39,172 nt of DNA from a virus (taxonomy: Duplodnaviria; Caudoviricetes). The translations under genes were made by a program, and so were the position numbers. This document shows, piece by piece, positions 17,076 through 25,635 of the stretch. How positions within the stretch are numbered: the first letter of the stretch is position 1; each line of letters starts with the position of its first letter. The DNA lies in the IMG/VR virus record IMGVR_UViG_3300006103_000528, positions 1 to 39,172 of that record. The stretch is one strand, 5' to 3'. The notes below the pieces were generated by a model. The model made no database searches and had not been told where the DNA came from. It saw only the letters and a list, made by a program, of their open reading frames with translations.

Positions 17076-19348
17076 TGGTTGAACCTAGTGATAATCTTCA
17101 AGCGGTCTTTGAAAGAGCTATAGAAACTTCTAAGAAACTTCACCATGAATATCTAACAATAGAACATTTATTGTTTGCTATGCTTGCAGAAGATGGGTTT
17201 ACTAACTGTATTCAAGGGTTTGGTGCGGATGCTTCTGCACTTAAAGCAAACTTACAAGACTACTTGCATAACAAGTGCAGTGAAATTACTGTACCAGATG
17301 TTGTAGTTAAACCTAAAAAGACACAAGCTGTTGAACGTGTACTTAATCGTGCGTTCACGCAGGTCTTGTTCAACGGACGTCAACGCATTGAGCCTACTGA
17401 TGTGTTCCTTGCTATGATGGGCGAGAAGCGTAGTTGGGCGCAATTCTATGTTGCTCAAGCAAATATTGATAAAGATAAATTTGCTGAATACTTGAATAAC
17501 AATATCGACAACGGGCAAGAAGAAATGCAACCTGATTCAGCAGGGGACCGAGCTCTACAAGCATTTACTACTAATTTAAATGATCAGGTTAAGAAGAATA
17601 AAATTGACCCAGTTATTGGTCGTGTAGATGAACTTGAAAACATCGCACTTGCATTAGGTCGCCGTAGTAAGAACAACGTTATCTTAGTTGGTGATCCAGG
17701 TGTAGGTAAGACTGCTATTGCAGAAGGTATGGCGCATAACATTGTAAATGGTGCTGTTCCAGATTTCTTAAAAGACTATACAGTTTACAACTTAGATATT
17801 TCAGCTATGTTAGCTGGTTCTAAATATCGTGGCGACTTTGAAGAACGTTTCAAACAAGTTCTAAAAGCTCTAACCAAGAAAGGTAAGACTGTGCTGTTTA
17901 TCGACGAGGCACATATGATCTCCGGAGCAGGATCCGCTAGCAACTCAGCTAACGATCTCGCTAATATGATGAAGCCGGCACTGAGCAAAGGCAACATTAA
18001 AGTTGTGGCCAGTACTACATGGGAAGAATATCGTAAGCACTTTGAAAAGGATCGTGCGTTGATGCGTCGTTTCCAACGTATTACTGTTGACGAGCCTACA
18101 ATTGAAGTTACTAGACAAATTCTTAAAGGTATTAAGAAGTATTACGAAACATTCCATAATGTAAAAATTAAGGACGATGCTATTGATGCCGCAATTAAGT
18201 TGTCAGTTAAATATCAAACAGACAAGAAGTTGCCAGATAAGGCCATTGACCTAATTGATGTTGCCTGCTCACGTTTTAACTTAAAACTTGCAGACGAACG
18301 AGTTATTGGTGAACGCGAAGTGCAATACGAACTTAGCAAGATGGTTAATATTCCAGAAGAACAAGTTTCTGAAACAGAAAGTGTTAATTTAATTAATCTA
18401 CAAACTAAACTTGAAACAGAAGTATATGGTCAAGAAATTGCTATTACTGAAATTGTAGATAAAATTGTAGTAGCACAAGCTGGATTGAAAACAGAAAATA
18501 AACCAGTTGGATCGTTTGTGTTCATAGGCCCGACAGGCACAGGTAAGACTGAAACTGCTAAATCACTTGCTAAAAACTTAGGTGTTAAACTACTACGCTT
18601 TGATATGAGTGAATATCAAGAGAAGCATAGCATTAGTAAGTTAATTGGTAGCCCTCCAGGTTATGTTGGCTTTGAAGAAAATGCAGGTCAGTTAATTACT
18701 AGCATCCAAGAAGCACCTAATGCTGTTCTGTTGTTAGATGAAATTGAAAAAGCACATCCAGATGTTATGACTGTATTACTACAGTTAATGGATAACGGCT
18801 TTATTACAGGATCTAATGGTAAGAAAGCAGACTGTCGTAACATTGTTCTTATTCTTACTACTAATGCTGGCGCACAATCTGCAGAGAAAAATGCTATCGG
18901 ATTTGGTAAACAGGATAAAGACTACAGTGATGCAGACTTGAAGAAGTTTTTAACTCCAGAGTTCCGTAATCGTTTAGACGGTGTTGTTACATTTAATAAA
19001 CTTGGCAAAGAAACAATGGTTAAAATTGTTAACAAGTTTATTGACCAGCTTAAAGATCAAGTTAAAGACAAAGGTATCCGTATCAAGATTGATAAAGAAG
19101 CTATTAATTGGCTTATTGACAAGGGCTTTGATAGCAAAATGGGTGCTCGTCCTTTACAACGTGTTATTGACAAGGAAATTAAACGTGACCTTGCTCGTCT
19201 AATGTTGTTTGGTGATTTGAAAACAGGTGGTTGGGTAACTATTGGCGTTGAAGCAGATAAAATTTCATTGATTGTTAAACCAAAGATTTCTAAAATTCCA
19301 TTGTTAGCAATTGAGAGTAATTTAGAAGATGTTGTACAAGACAACTAG
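17075..19348 (+). CDS. clpA: ClpA-like Hsp100 AAA+ unfoldase
   Basis: HEYLTIEHLL N-domain; GDPGVGKT/LFIDEAH; GPTGTGKT/LLLDEIEKAH; RFDMSEY; IGF ClpP-docking loop; GARPLQR; no ClpB middle domain. Confidence 0.93.
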   Translation: MVEPSDNLQAVFERAIETSKKLHHEYLTIEHLLFAMLAEDGFTNCIQGFGADASALKANLQDYLHNKCSEITVPDVVVKPKKTQAVERVLNRAFTQVLFNGRQRIEPTDVFLAMMGEKRSWAQFYVAQANIDKDKFAEYLNNNIDNGQEEMQPDSAGDRALQAFTTNLNDQVKKNKIDPVIGRVDELENIALALGRRSKNNVILVGDPGVGKTAIAEGMAHNIVNGAVPDFLKDYTVYNLDISAMLAGSKYRGDFEERFKQVLKALTKKGKTVLFIDEAHMISGAGSASNSANDLANMMKPALSKGNIKVVASTTWEEYRKHFEKDRALMRRFQRITVDEPTIEVTRQILKGIKKYYETFHNVKIKDDAIDAAIKLSVKYQTDKKLPDKAIDLIDVACSRFNLKLADERVIGEREVQYELSKMVNIPEEQVSETESVNLINLQTKLETEVYGQEIAITEIVDKIVVAQAGLKTENKPVGSFVFIGPTGTGKTETAKSLAKNLGVKLLRFDMSEYQEKHSISKLIGSPPGYVGFEENAGQLITSIQEAPNAVLLLDEIEKAHPDVMTVLLQLMDNGFITGSNGKKADCRNIVLILTTNAGAQSAEKNAIGFGKQDKDYSDADLKKFLTPEFRNRLDGVVTFNKLGKETMVKIVNKFIDQLKDQVKDKGIRIKIDKEAINWLIDKGFDSKMGARPLQRVIDKEIKRDLARLMLFGDLKTGGWVTIGVEADKISLIVKPKISKIPLLAIESNLEDVVQDN

Positions 19349-19955
19349 AAGGTTATTTAAAGGCAAATATCAGTACAAGATAGTACTGATATGCGCTGGC
19401 GCAAGTGCATTTCGGACAGGGGATATGGAATCTGCCTTAAAAATATTAGGCAATACCAGATTCCCTAAGCCGGATGACTCTTGGAGAATTCACAGTATCA
19501 AAACAACAGATCAGTTAGATTATTCTATTCAACTTGCAACAAGTTTAAAAACTATGAATGACATAGAGGTCAGAGTAGAATCGCCTTGGATTTCTGTATA
19601 CACTAATAGTGATAAGCATGTAGAAGTGTTAACCAAGTTAAACAAGGACAACGTAAAATACATATCACAACCAGCAAAAGATAGCGTTTTAACATTCAAT
19701 ACAATCATAATGCCTAAGACAAATTATGATTATCGCATAACTTTAGGCAAAACTAACCAAGATTACCAAGCATTTATTGAATGGGCCGAAGGTCGTGACA
19801 AGTTAAAACTTACTAAAAGTTGCAAAAAAGAGCTTAGTAAGTCAAGAACCTGGGGTGGTACACACTTTTACGTTACTGGCGAAAACACCTTACTATTAAC
19901 TAAAATGCACCTTGGCGGTGCAATATCTAAAATAGAACGCATCGTTAAAGCATAG
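19329..19955 (+). CDS. Hypothetical protein
   Basis: 208-aa ORF overlapping the end of clpA. Confidence 0.7.
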   Translation: MLYKTTRRLFKGKYQYKIVLICAGASAFRTGDMESALKILGNTRFPKPDDSWRIHSIKTTDQLDYSIQLATSLKTMNDIEVRVESPWISVYTNSDKHVEVLTKLNKDNVKYISQPAKDSVLTFNTIIMPKTNYDYRITLGKTNQDYQAFIEWAEGRDKLKLTKSCKKELSKSRTWGGTHFYVTGENTLLLTKMHLGGAISKIERIVKA

Positions 19956-19974
19956 GGTGTTGATTCCAAAAGCG

Positions 19975-19981
19975 ATAAATA
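19975..19981 (+). promoter_or_regulatory. Putative late promoter (ATAAATA)
   Basis: GCGATAAATAC at the head of the 20-29 kb gene run. Confidence 0.6.
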
Positions 19982-20027
19982 CTCTAACCGTAGTTTATTC
20001 TGCTGGTTTATTAAAACGGGTTTAACA

Positions 20028-20399
20028 ATGCGCATAAACGAACTATTAGAAGGCACTCTTTTTAACGATTTAGATTTCGTCACGCCTAAAGAAGATGGCA
20101 GGGAGATCAATTACGATCTACCGGACGATTTAATCCACTTCATGCATAATGATGATAATGTGTATCGTCGTCACGTCTATCCAACTATTTCTAAGTGTGT
20201 AGACCGTGTTAAAGCAGATCGTGCAACACATCCTAGTATGTTTAAAGTTCCTGTTGAAACTAGCTATAAATTATATATTAAAAAATTCCCAATTCGCGAA
20301 TTGCCAGACGAGTTAGAAGAAGAAGTTTGTAAAAAAGTATGTAAAAAGTTACATGATGAAACTTGTAAGCATGTTGCCGATGGCAAGTATAAGGACTAA
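20028..20399 (+). CDS. Putative internal head protein
   Basis: N-terminus MRINELLE|G. Confidence 0.6.
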   Translation: MRINELLEGTLFNDLDFVTPKEDGREINYDLPDDLIHFMHNDDNVYRRHVYPTISKCVDRVKADRATHPSMFKVPVETSYKLYIKKFPIRELPDELEEEVCKKVCKKLHDETCKHVADGKYKD

Positions 20400-20401
20400 T
20401 T

Positions 20402-21595
20402 GTGTTATTAAGAGAGTTATTTTTAAGAGAATCTCCTGCCGCTGAGGAAGTTAAGAAAAAAGTAGGCAGAGCATTCAACCACCCAGAAGATTTAACATTC
20501 TTAAATGGCAGTGCTGGTGCAATTAAGGCTTTAGAACATATTAAAGCTATAGGTAAAAATGCCAAAGGTGTAAGATATAAGTGGGATGGTGCTCCACAAG
20601 TATACTGGGGTAGAGACAAAAACGGAACATTTATTCTAACTAATCACAATGGTTGGTTAAGAGGCGGTACTGGTACCAGTACCTTAGATGAATTTACTAC
20701 TCAGCAAGGCATTTATAATTTTATTCTTAATAAAAGTGGTAATCCAAAGACTCCGGAAGAACAAGAACAACGTAAAGAGTTTGCTAGAGAATTTAGTTTC
20801 TTACATCCTGTATTTGAAAAAGCTACTCCGGCAGACTTCAGAGGATTCGTATATGCTGATGGATTGTTTTTAGGTCAACCGACTCCGGACGCTAATGGCA
20901 TTTATAATTTGCACCCAAATCCAAAAAGTGGAACTGTTTACCATATTGCACAAGATACTGAATTAGGCCAACAAATTTCTACAGCACACGCAATGGTTGT
21001 TGGTCATGGTATTTTTGATACGTTTGGTGCTGCCGATCATACACAACAGCCTAAAGATAGTTTTGAAGAGTTCAATACAACTCCAGACCTAATTGTATTA
21101 GGACCATACTATACACAAATGCAACCAGAAGTTGATTCTGAAGCTATATCAATTGTTGAAGCAGAAATTAAAAAACATGCGGCTGATATTGATCAGTTCT
21201 TGTCTCCCTTACCAGGTGTAAGTGGATTTAAAAATATTGTTTACAGATATGTAAACACTATGAGTAAACAAGGTCAACTACACAACGTTGGTCATAATTT
21301 TATGATGTGGATGGAAGCTAATCCAACTATTGTAAGTCCAACACAATTAGCAAAGATACAAGAACGTGCAAGAATGTTCCCAGGAGCACTACCTGCAATG
21401 TTTAATTTGTTCGATGACATTATGCAATTAAAGAATAACGTAATTGCTCAATTAGACAAAGACCCTGGTGAAATTAAAGTAACTAACCCAGAAGGTTGGG
21501 TACATTACGATAAGAAAGGTGATGATCACATTAAATTAGTTCCTCGTACTGACATCGAAACTCCGTCCGGAACTATACCAGCCTGGACACCATAA
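20402..21595 (+). CDS. Putative packaged protein with ligase-type nucleotidyltransferase motif (DUF6267-like)
   Basis: GTG start MLLRELFLRE|S; motif I YKWDGAP (KxDG); PEGWV and IKLVPR resemble ligase motifs IV and V. Confidence 0.6.
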   Translation: MLLRELFLRESPAAEEVKKKVGRAFNHPEDLTFLNGSAGAIKALEHIKAIGKNAKGVRYKWDGAPQVYWGRDKNGTFILTNHNGWLRGGTGTSTLDEFTTQQGIYNFILNKSGNPKTPEEQEQRKEFAREFSFLHPVFEKATPADFRGFVYADGLFLGQPTPDANGIYNLHPNPKSGTVYHIAQDTELGQQISTAHAMVVGHGIFDTFGAADHTQQPKDSFEEFNTTPDLIVLGPYYTQMQPEVDSEAISIVEAEIKKHAADIDQFLSPLPGVSGFKNIVYRYVNTMSKQGQLHNVGHNFMMWMEANPTIVSPTQLAKIQERARMFPGALPAMFNLFDDIMQLKNNVIAQLDKDPGEIKVTNPEGWVHYDKKGDDHIKLVPRTDIETPSGTIPAWTP

Positions 21596-22893
21596 TGAAT
21601 TTACGAGAACTATTAGAATCAGTCCATACTAAAGCAACCGCGGCATTTTGCTTTGGTCGATTTAATCCTCCGCATCAAGGTCATGCCAAAGTATGGGAAG
21701 CTGTTAAGCATGCAGGACAACATTGGTATATTGGCACTAACCCCGGAACTATCGGTCCTAACGACCCATTACCGTTTGATCTCAAGCATGCGTGGATGAC
21801 TGCTATTGATCCTAGCATTGAAGGTCATATACTAGGCGAAACTAGTGTTATTACTCTAGCGGCTAAGATATATGCAGAAGTGGGAGATGGAGCAACTGTA
21901 GCATATGTAACTGATGCAACTGACTGGGCATGGGCTGGTAAGTTGTTACATCAATATAACGGTAAAGAAAGCACACACGGTTATTTTAATTTTGCTAAAA
22001 TTATTCACATACCAAGTCCTAGAGTAAGTTCAGCGACTGATCTACGTAATGCGGCTCGTGCTGGCGATATGGATGCATTTTATCGTGCTGCCGGTACTGA
22101 TCCTAACTTAGAAGTAAATGGCCAACATTATTTTGATACTGTAGTTGACGCAGTAGGCGCTCATCCTGAGAAAGTTAAAAAAGTTAAGAAAGAAAAAACA
22201 GTAGCAGAGCCGGTAACTGATGAAGGTATAATGAGCTTTATGGCTAAGCCTGCTGTTAAAAAGAAACCAGCGGCTAGTGCAGAAGAAATGCGCAAGTACT
22301 TTGAAAAAGAAAAAGCCAAAGATCCTGAACATATAGCACGAGGTGAAGGCCATAAAAAACCACAACAGGTCTATACTAAAACTGACGAAGAAGCGGCTGG
22401 CGTTGGAACTATTACAAAACAGAATTCCACTGTTGATGTAAATAGTAGTACTCCAAAAAAGAATTTAAAAGCCTTTAATTTAATTAAAGAAGCTAACAAG
22501 GTAATAAGAGAAATGAAAGCAAATGAGTTTGTTCGAGAAGGTAAAGTTACAGATTTGCACAAAGATCATGAGAATGTAGCTAAAGGTGTAACCCGTTCGC
22601 GTGACGTTGGTGGATACGATCGTGTATATCATATGAATCGTTTAATGATGGCTATGGCTGTGGCAGACGGCGAAAATACTAAAGCTGTGGATAGCCCTGC
22701 TGAAACATGGTTTGAAAAGTACAACACTATGCATCCGATGACCAAGCAAGAAGACAATATGATTCGAGCCGCTATGGCAACTGTCCCAACAGATGGTCAA
22801 CACATTAGTAAGTTTAGTCCAAGTAAAGAAGCAGACGGTGCAAATGTTAAAAGCATAGTTGCAAAAATTAAGAAAAATCAGTACGGAATATAA
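21595..22893 (+). CDS. Cytidyltransferase-like (HxGH) domain fused to head-cargo modules
   Basis: FGRFNPPHQGH, DPLPF, VSSATDLR; N-terminus MNLRELLE|S. Confidence 0.8.
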   Translation: MNLRELLESVHTKATAAFCFGRFNPPHQGHAKVWEAVKHAGQHWYIGTNPGTIGPNDPLPFDLKHAWMTAIDPSIEGHILGETSVITLAAKIYAEVGDGATVAYVTDATDWAWAGKLLHQYNGKESTHGYFNFAKIIHIPSPRVSSATDLRNAARAGDMDAFYRAAGTDPNLEVNGQHYFDTVVDAVGAHPEKVKKVKKEKTVAEPVTDEGIMSFMAKPAVKKKPAASAEEMRKYFEKEKAKDPEHIARGEGHKKPQQVYTKTDEEAAGVGTITKQNSTVDVNSSTPKKNLKAFNLIKEANKVIREMKANEFVREGKVTDLHKDHENVAKGVTRSRDVGGYDRVYHMNRLMMAMAVADGENTKAVDSPAETWFEKYNTMHPMTKQEDNMIRAAMATVPTDGQHISKFSPSKEADGANVKSIVAKIKKNQYGI

Positions 22894-22895
22894 TA

Positions 22896-23306
22896 ATGAG
22901 ACTACGCGAACTTATTAGAGAATCAGAAGCAGACTCAGATAGTGTCTCTGCGCAAGGTGGATCTGGTATCTCCGGTGGGCGTAGTCGATTAGACACTAAC
23001 CAGCAATCTAGTATTCCGGGAATGGCAACTTATCCAGATTTGCCTAGTCACTACTACGATATGTATCGATTTGGGGTACACATGGCAGGTAGCCCGGACA
23101 AGCAAAGTATGGCTCGGATTGGGCCTGCGGCTAACGAATTTGTAACTGTAGCATATACTGACGCTGATGCAGACATTATTAATAACAGTAGAAAATCAAT
23201 GGGGTTGAAACAAAAAGCATTATCAACTAAAGGTAGTCAAGAATCTGATCATGTTAATAAGAAAAGTGCAGTAGCTACTCCTAAAAAGAACAAGTACGGT
23301 GTATAA
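22896..23306 (+). CDS. Putative internal head protein, paralogue of the C-terminal module of 21595..22893
   Basis: MRLRELIRE|S; ends KKNKYGV versus KKNQYGI. Confidence 0.7.
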   Translation: MRLRELIRESEADSDSVSAQGGSGISGGRSRLDTNQQSSIPGMATYPDLPSHYYDMYRFGVHMAGSPDKQSMARIGPAANEFVTVAYTDADADIINNSRKSMGLKQKALSTKGSQESDHVNKKSAVATPKKNKYGV

Positions 23307-23512
23307 TGGACGAATTAGCTAAACTTAAAAAACTAGCAGGAATTAATGAATACAAAGGATTGCAACCTTACGGTGGCAGTAATATTAGTTTAACTGGTAC
23401 AGAAAAAGCAATATTGCAACGCGAACATAAAATACAACCAGGAACACAAGAATGGTTTCAGTTGTGGTTTAGCAAGCCATACTTAACTGGTGAAAAACCT
23501 GTAGGAAAATAA
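23306..23512 (+). CDS. Small hypothetical protein
   Basis: MDELAKLKKLAGINE; IQPGTQEWFQLWF; TAATG coupling. Confidence 0.7.
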   Translation: MDELAKLKKLAGINEYKGLQPYGGSNISLTGTEKAILQREHKIQPGTQEWFQLWFSKPYLTGEKPVGK

Positions 23513-23514
23513 TT

Positions 23515-24078
23515 ATGAAAATGCACGAATTAGAAGAAAGCAGACACGGAAGTTTTACAAATTACTACGATAGTGATGGAAATGATTTGCGTGGTGGAAA
23601 TGACGAAGCTAATCTATGGTACATCTATAAAGAAGGCCGTCTTAAACAACTGATGATTTCAGGACACCAAGAACGTGAAGCACGTAATATGGGGTTCAGA
23701 GATAGCCAAGAAGCCGCATTAAGAGTACATGGTATTGTTAGAAGCAAATATCACAAAGGTAAATGGATTCAAAATCAGGGCGGTAAGTGGGTTGAAGTAC
23801 ACCCTTTTGGCAAACCAGATGATGTATCAGAAGCTGCCAATGCCGCACAACAAGCGGCCATTGCAATTGCTAAAAAGAAGAAAAAAGGTATAGATGAAAC
23901 AGCTTCAGCAGGCGCTACTAGTAGTGCAAGTATAGCTAGTTTACCTAATCCCAGTGTTACCGGACACAAGCATAGACATAAAAAAGTAAAAAGTGTAAGT
24001 GCCCTAGACCAGAATAGTGTAAGTTTATTCGGTGGGCCTATGGAAAATATCCAAGCACCTATCATCAAAAGACGCTAA
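23515..24078 (+). CDS. Putative modular internal head protein
   Basis: MKMHELEE|S; VSE|AANAAQQAAIAIAKKKK; IDE|TASAGATSS. Confidence 0.65.
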   Translation: MKMHELEESRHGSFTNYYDSDGNDLRGGNDEANLWYIYKEGRLKQLMISGHQEREARNMGFRDSQEAALRVHGIVRSKYHKGKWIQNQGGKWVEVHPFGKPDDVSEAANAAQQAAIAIAKKKKKGIDETASAGATSSASIASLPNPSVTGHKHRHKKVKSVSALDQNSVSLFGGPMENIQAPIIKRR

Positions 24079-24081
24079 ATA
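24075..24081 (+). promoter_or_regulatory. Putative late promoter (CTAAATA)
   Basis: CGCTAAATATA, the same as at 2052-2062; overlaps a stop codon; RBS GGAG downstream. Confidence 0.6.
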
Positions 24082-24104
24082 TATTAAGATAACGGAGTAT
24101 ACTC

Positions 24105-25631
24105 ATGCCAGCAGAATTAGACCAAAATAGCCCAGAAATGGTGCCACAAACTAGCCCAACAGAGCAATCAGCAGTTGTTGGCTTACACAGTGACGAAGTA
24201 GATCACGAAGGCGCAATGGCCAAAGCTGATTTGTACAAATTAGCCAACTACAGTATGAAATTGTTCAAACAAGTTCATGACGATGATCAAATGGAAGCAT
24301 GGGTACAAGCCAAGATTACCAAAGCCGCTGATTACATCGCTAGTGTATATCATTATCTAGAATATGAAATGAAGTTTAGCGAATACGGTAAGCATCTAGA
24401 TTCTGCCGATACATTGAGCGAAGGTCAAAAGAAATTACTCAAAGCTCGACTAACGGAGGCTAAAATGCGCATTAAAGAATTAAAGAAAACTCAAGCTGAA
24501 AAGTCTAAAGAGAAAAAAGTAATGGAAGGCCCATTACGTGGTGGTGAAGAAACATGTTCAGAGTGCGGTGGCACTGGCATGGTGTACAGAGAAGCGCAAC
24601 CAATTCCAGATCATGTTAAGAGCAAAGTTGCCAAGTACAACACAATGGTAAATGCTACTAAGGCAGCTCACAAGCGTATGGATAGCAGTGAAATGAACGT
24701 TGAAGAAGAAACAAGTTCAACAGGTGGCGAAATTACTCGCACTAAGACTGGACTACGTCATTCACATAATCCAGCTCGTTTCAGCGATGAGCCACATGCA
24801 GAGCCAGCAAGCAAAGTTAAGTCACGTTCAGCTGATGAAAAGAAAGGCGAGAAAGCCATGGACAAAGCTGACGAGAAAGAATCTAAAGCATGGGGTAAAG
24901 CTAACCCAGGCAAGCAGACTATCATGAAAGGTGGTGTAAAAACTACTAATGAAGCTGCCAAACTAAAAGGCAAACAAACTAAACTAGATGTAGATCATGA
25001 TGGCGACATCGAAGCTGACGACCTAGCTGACCTACGTGCTGGTAAGAAAGCAAAAAAAGTTGACGAAGCAAAAGCTAAGCCTGACTTCTTAGACATGGAC
25101 AAAGATGGTAACAAGAAAGAGTCTATGAAGAAAGCTGTTAAAGATAAAGCCATGAAAGAAGCCGCGCCAAGTGCAGGTTTAAGCAAAGAGAAAAAGTCTG
25201 CAACTGTTAAGGCCGCTAAGAAAGGTGAAGACATCGGTAAGCCAGGTAAAGGTTTTAAAGGTTTAGCCGCTAAAGCCGCTAAAGAGTATGGTTCTAAAGA
25301 GAAAGGCGAGAAAGTAGCCGCTGCCGCTATGTGGAAAAACATCAAAGAAACTCAAGCATATCTAGCTGAGAAGAAAAAGAAAGAAAAAGATGTTGAGGAA
25401 AACTTAACTGTAGTTCCAAATCCATCAGGTGCCAAGGATGCAGAAGAAGCTAAAAAATTAGGTTCTATGATGCCAGCTCCAGCAGGTAAGAAAGATCCAA
25501 TTAGTGAATCTGCAGACTTAACACGTATGCGTCAACTAACTGGTCGTTTAAATCAAAACGAACGTGCATCTTTAAATGAATCAGGCGAAGTTGCTAGCAT
25601 CCGTGCATTGACACAAAAACTATTGGGTTAA
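24105..25631 (+). CDS. Lys/Glu-rich modular protein (core/scaffold-like or internal head protein)
   Basis: About 12 x-x-E|small sites; CSECGGTG; EF-hand-like DVDHDGDIEADD and DMDKDGNKKE. Confidence 0.65.
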   Translation: MPAELDQNSPEMVPQTSPTEQSAVVGLHSDEVDHEGAMAKADLYKLANYSMKLFKQVHDDDQMEAWVQAKITKAADYIASVYHYLEYEMKFSEYGKHLDSADTLSEGQKKLLKARLTEAKMRIKELKKTQAEKSKEKKVMEGPLRGGEETCSECGGTGMVYREAQPIPDHVKSKVAKYNTMVNATKAAHKRMDSSEMNVEEETSSTGGEITRTKTGLRHSHNPARFSDEPHAEPASKVKSRSADEKKGEKAMDKADEKESKAWGKANPGKQTIMKGGVKTTNEAAKLKGKQTKLDVDHDGDIEADDLADLRAGKKAKKVDEAKAKPDFLDMDKDGNKKESMKKAVKDKAMKEAAPSAGLSKEKKSATVKAAKKGEDIGKPGKGFKGLAAKAAKEYGSKEKGEKVAAAAMWKNIKETQAYLAEKKKKEKDVEENLTVVPNPSGAKDAEEAKKLGSMMPAPAGKKDPISESADLTRMRQLTGRLNQNERASLNESGEVASIRALTQKLLG

Positions 25632-25635
25632 TCCT

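Noticed and set aside
19983-20027. Possible structured leader before the cargo cluster
   Set aside because: Only weak, imperfect pairing that cannot be distinguished from chance
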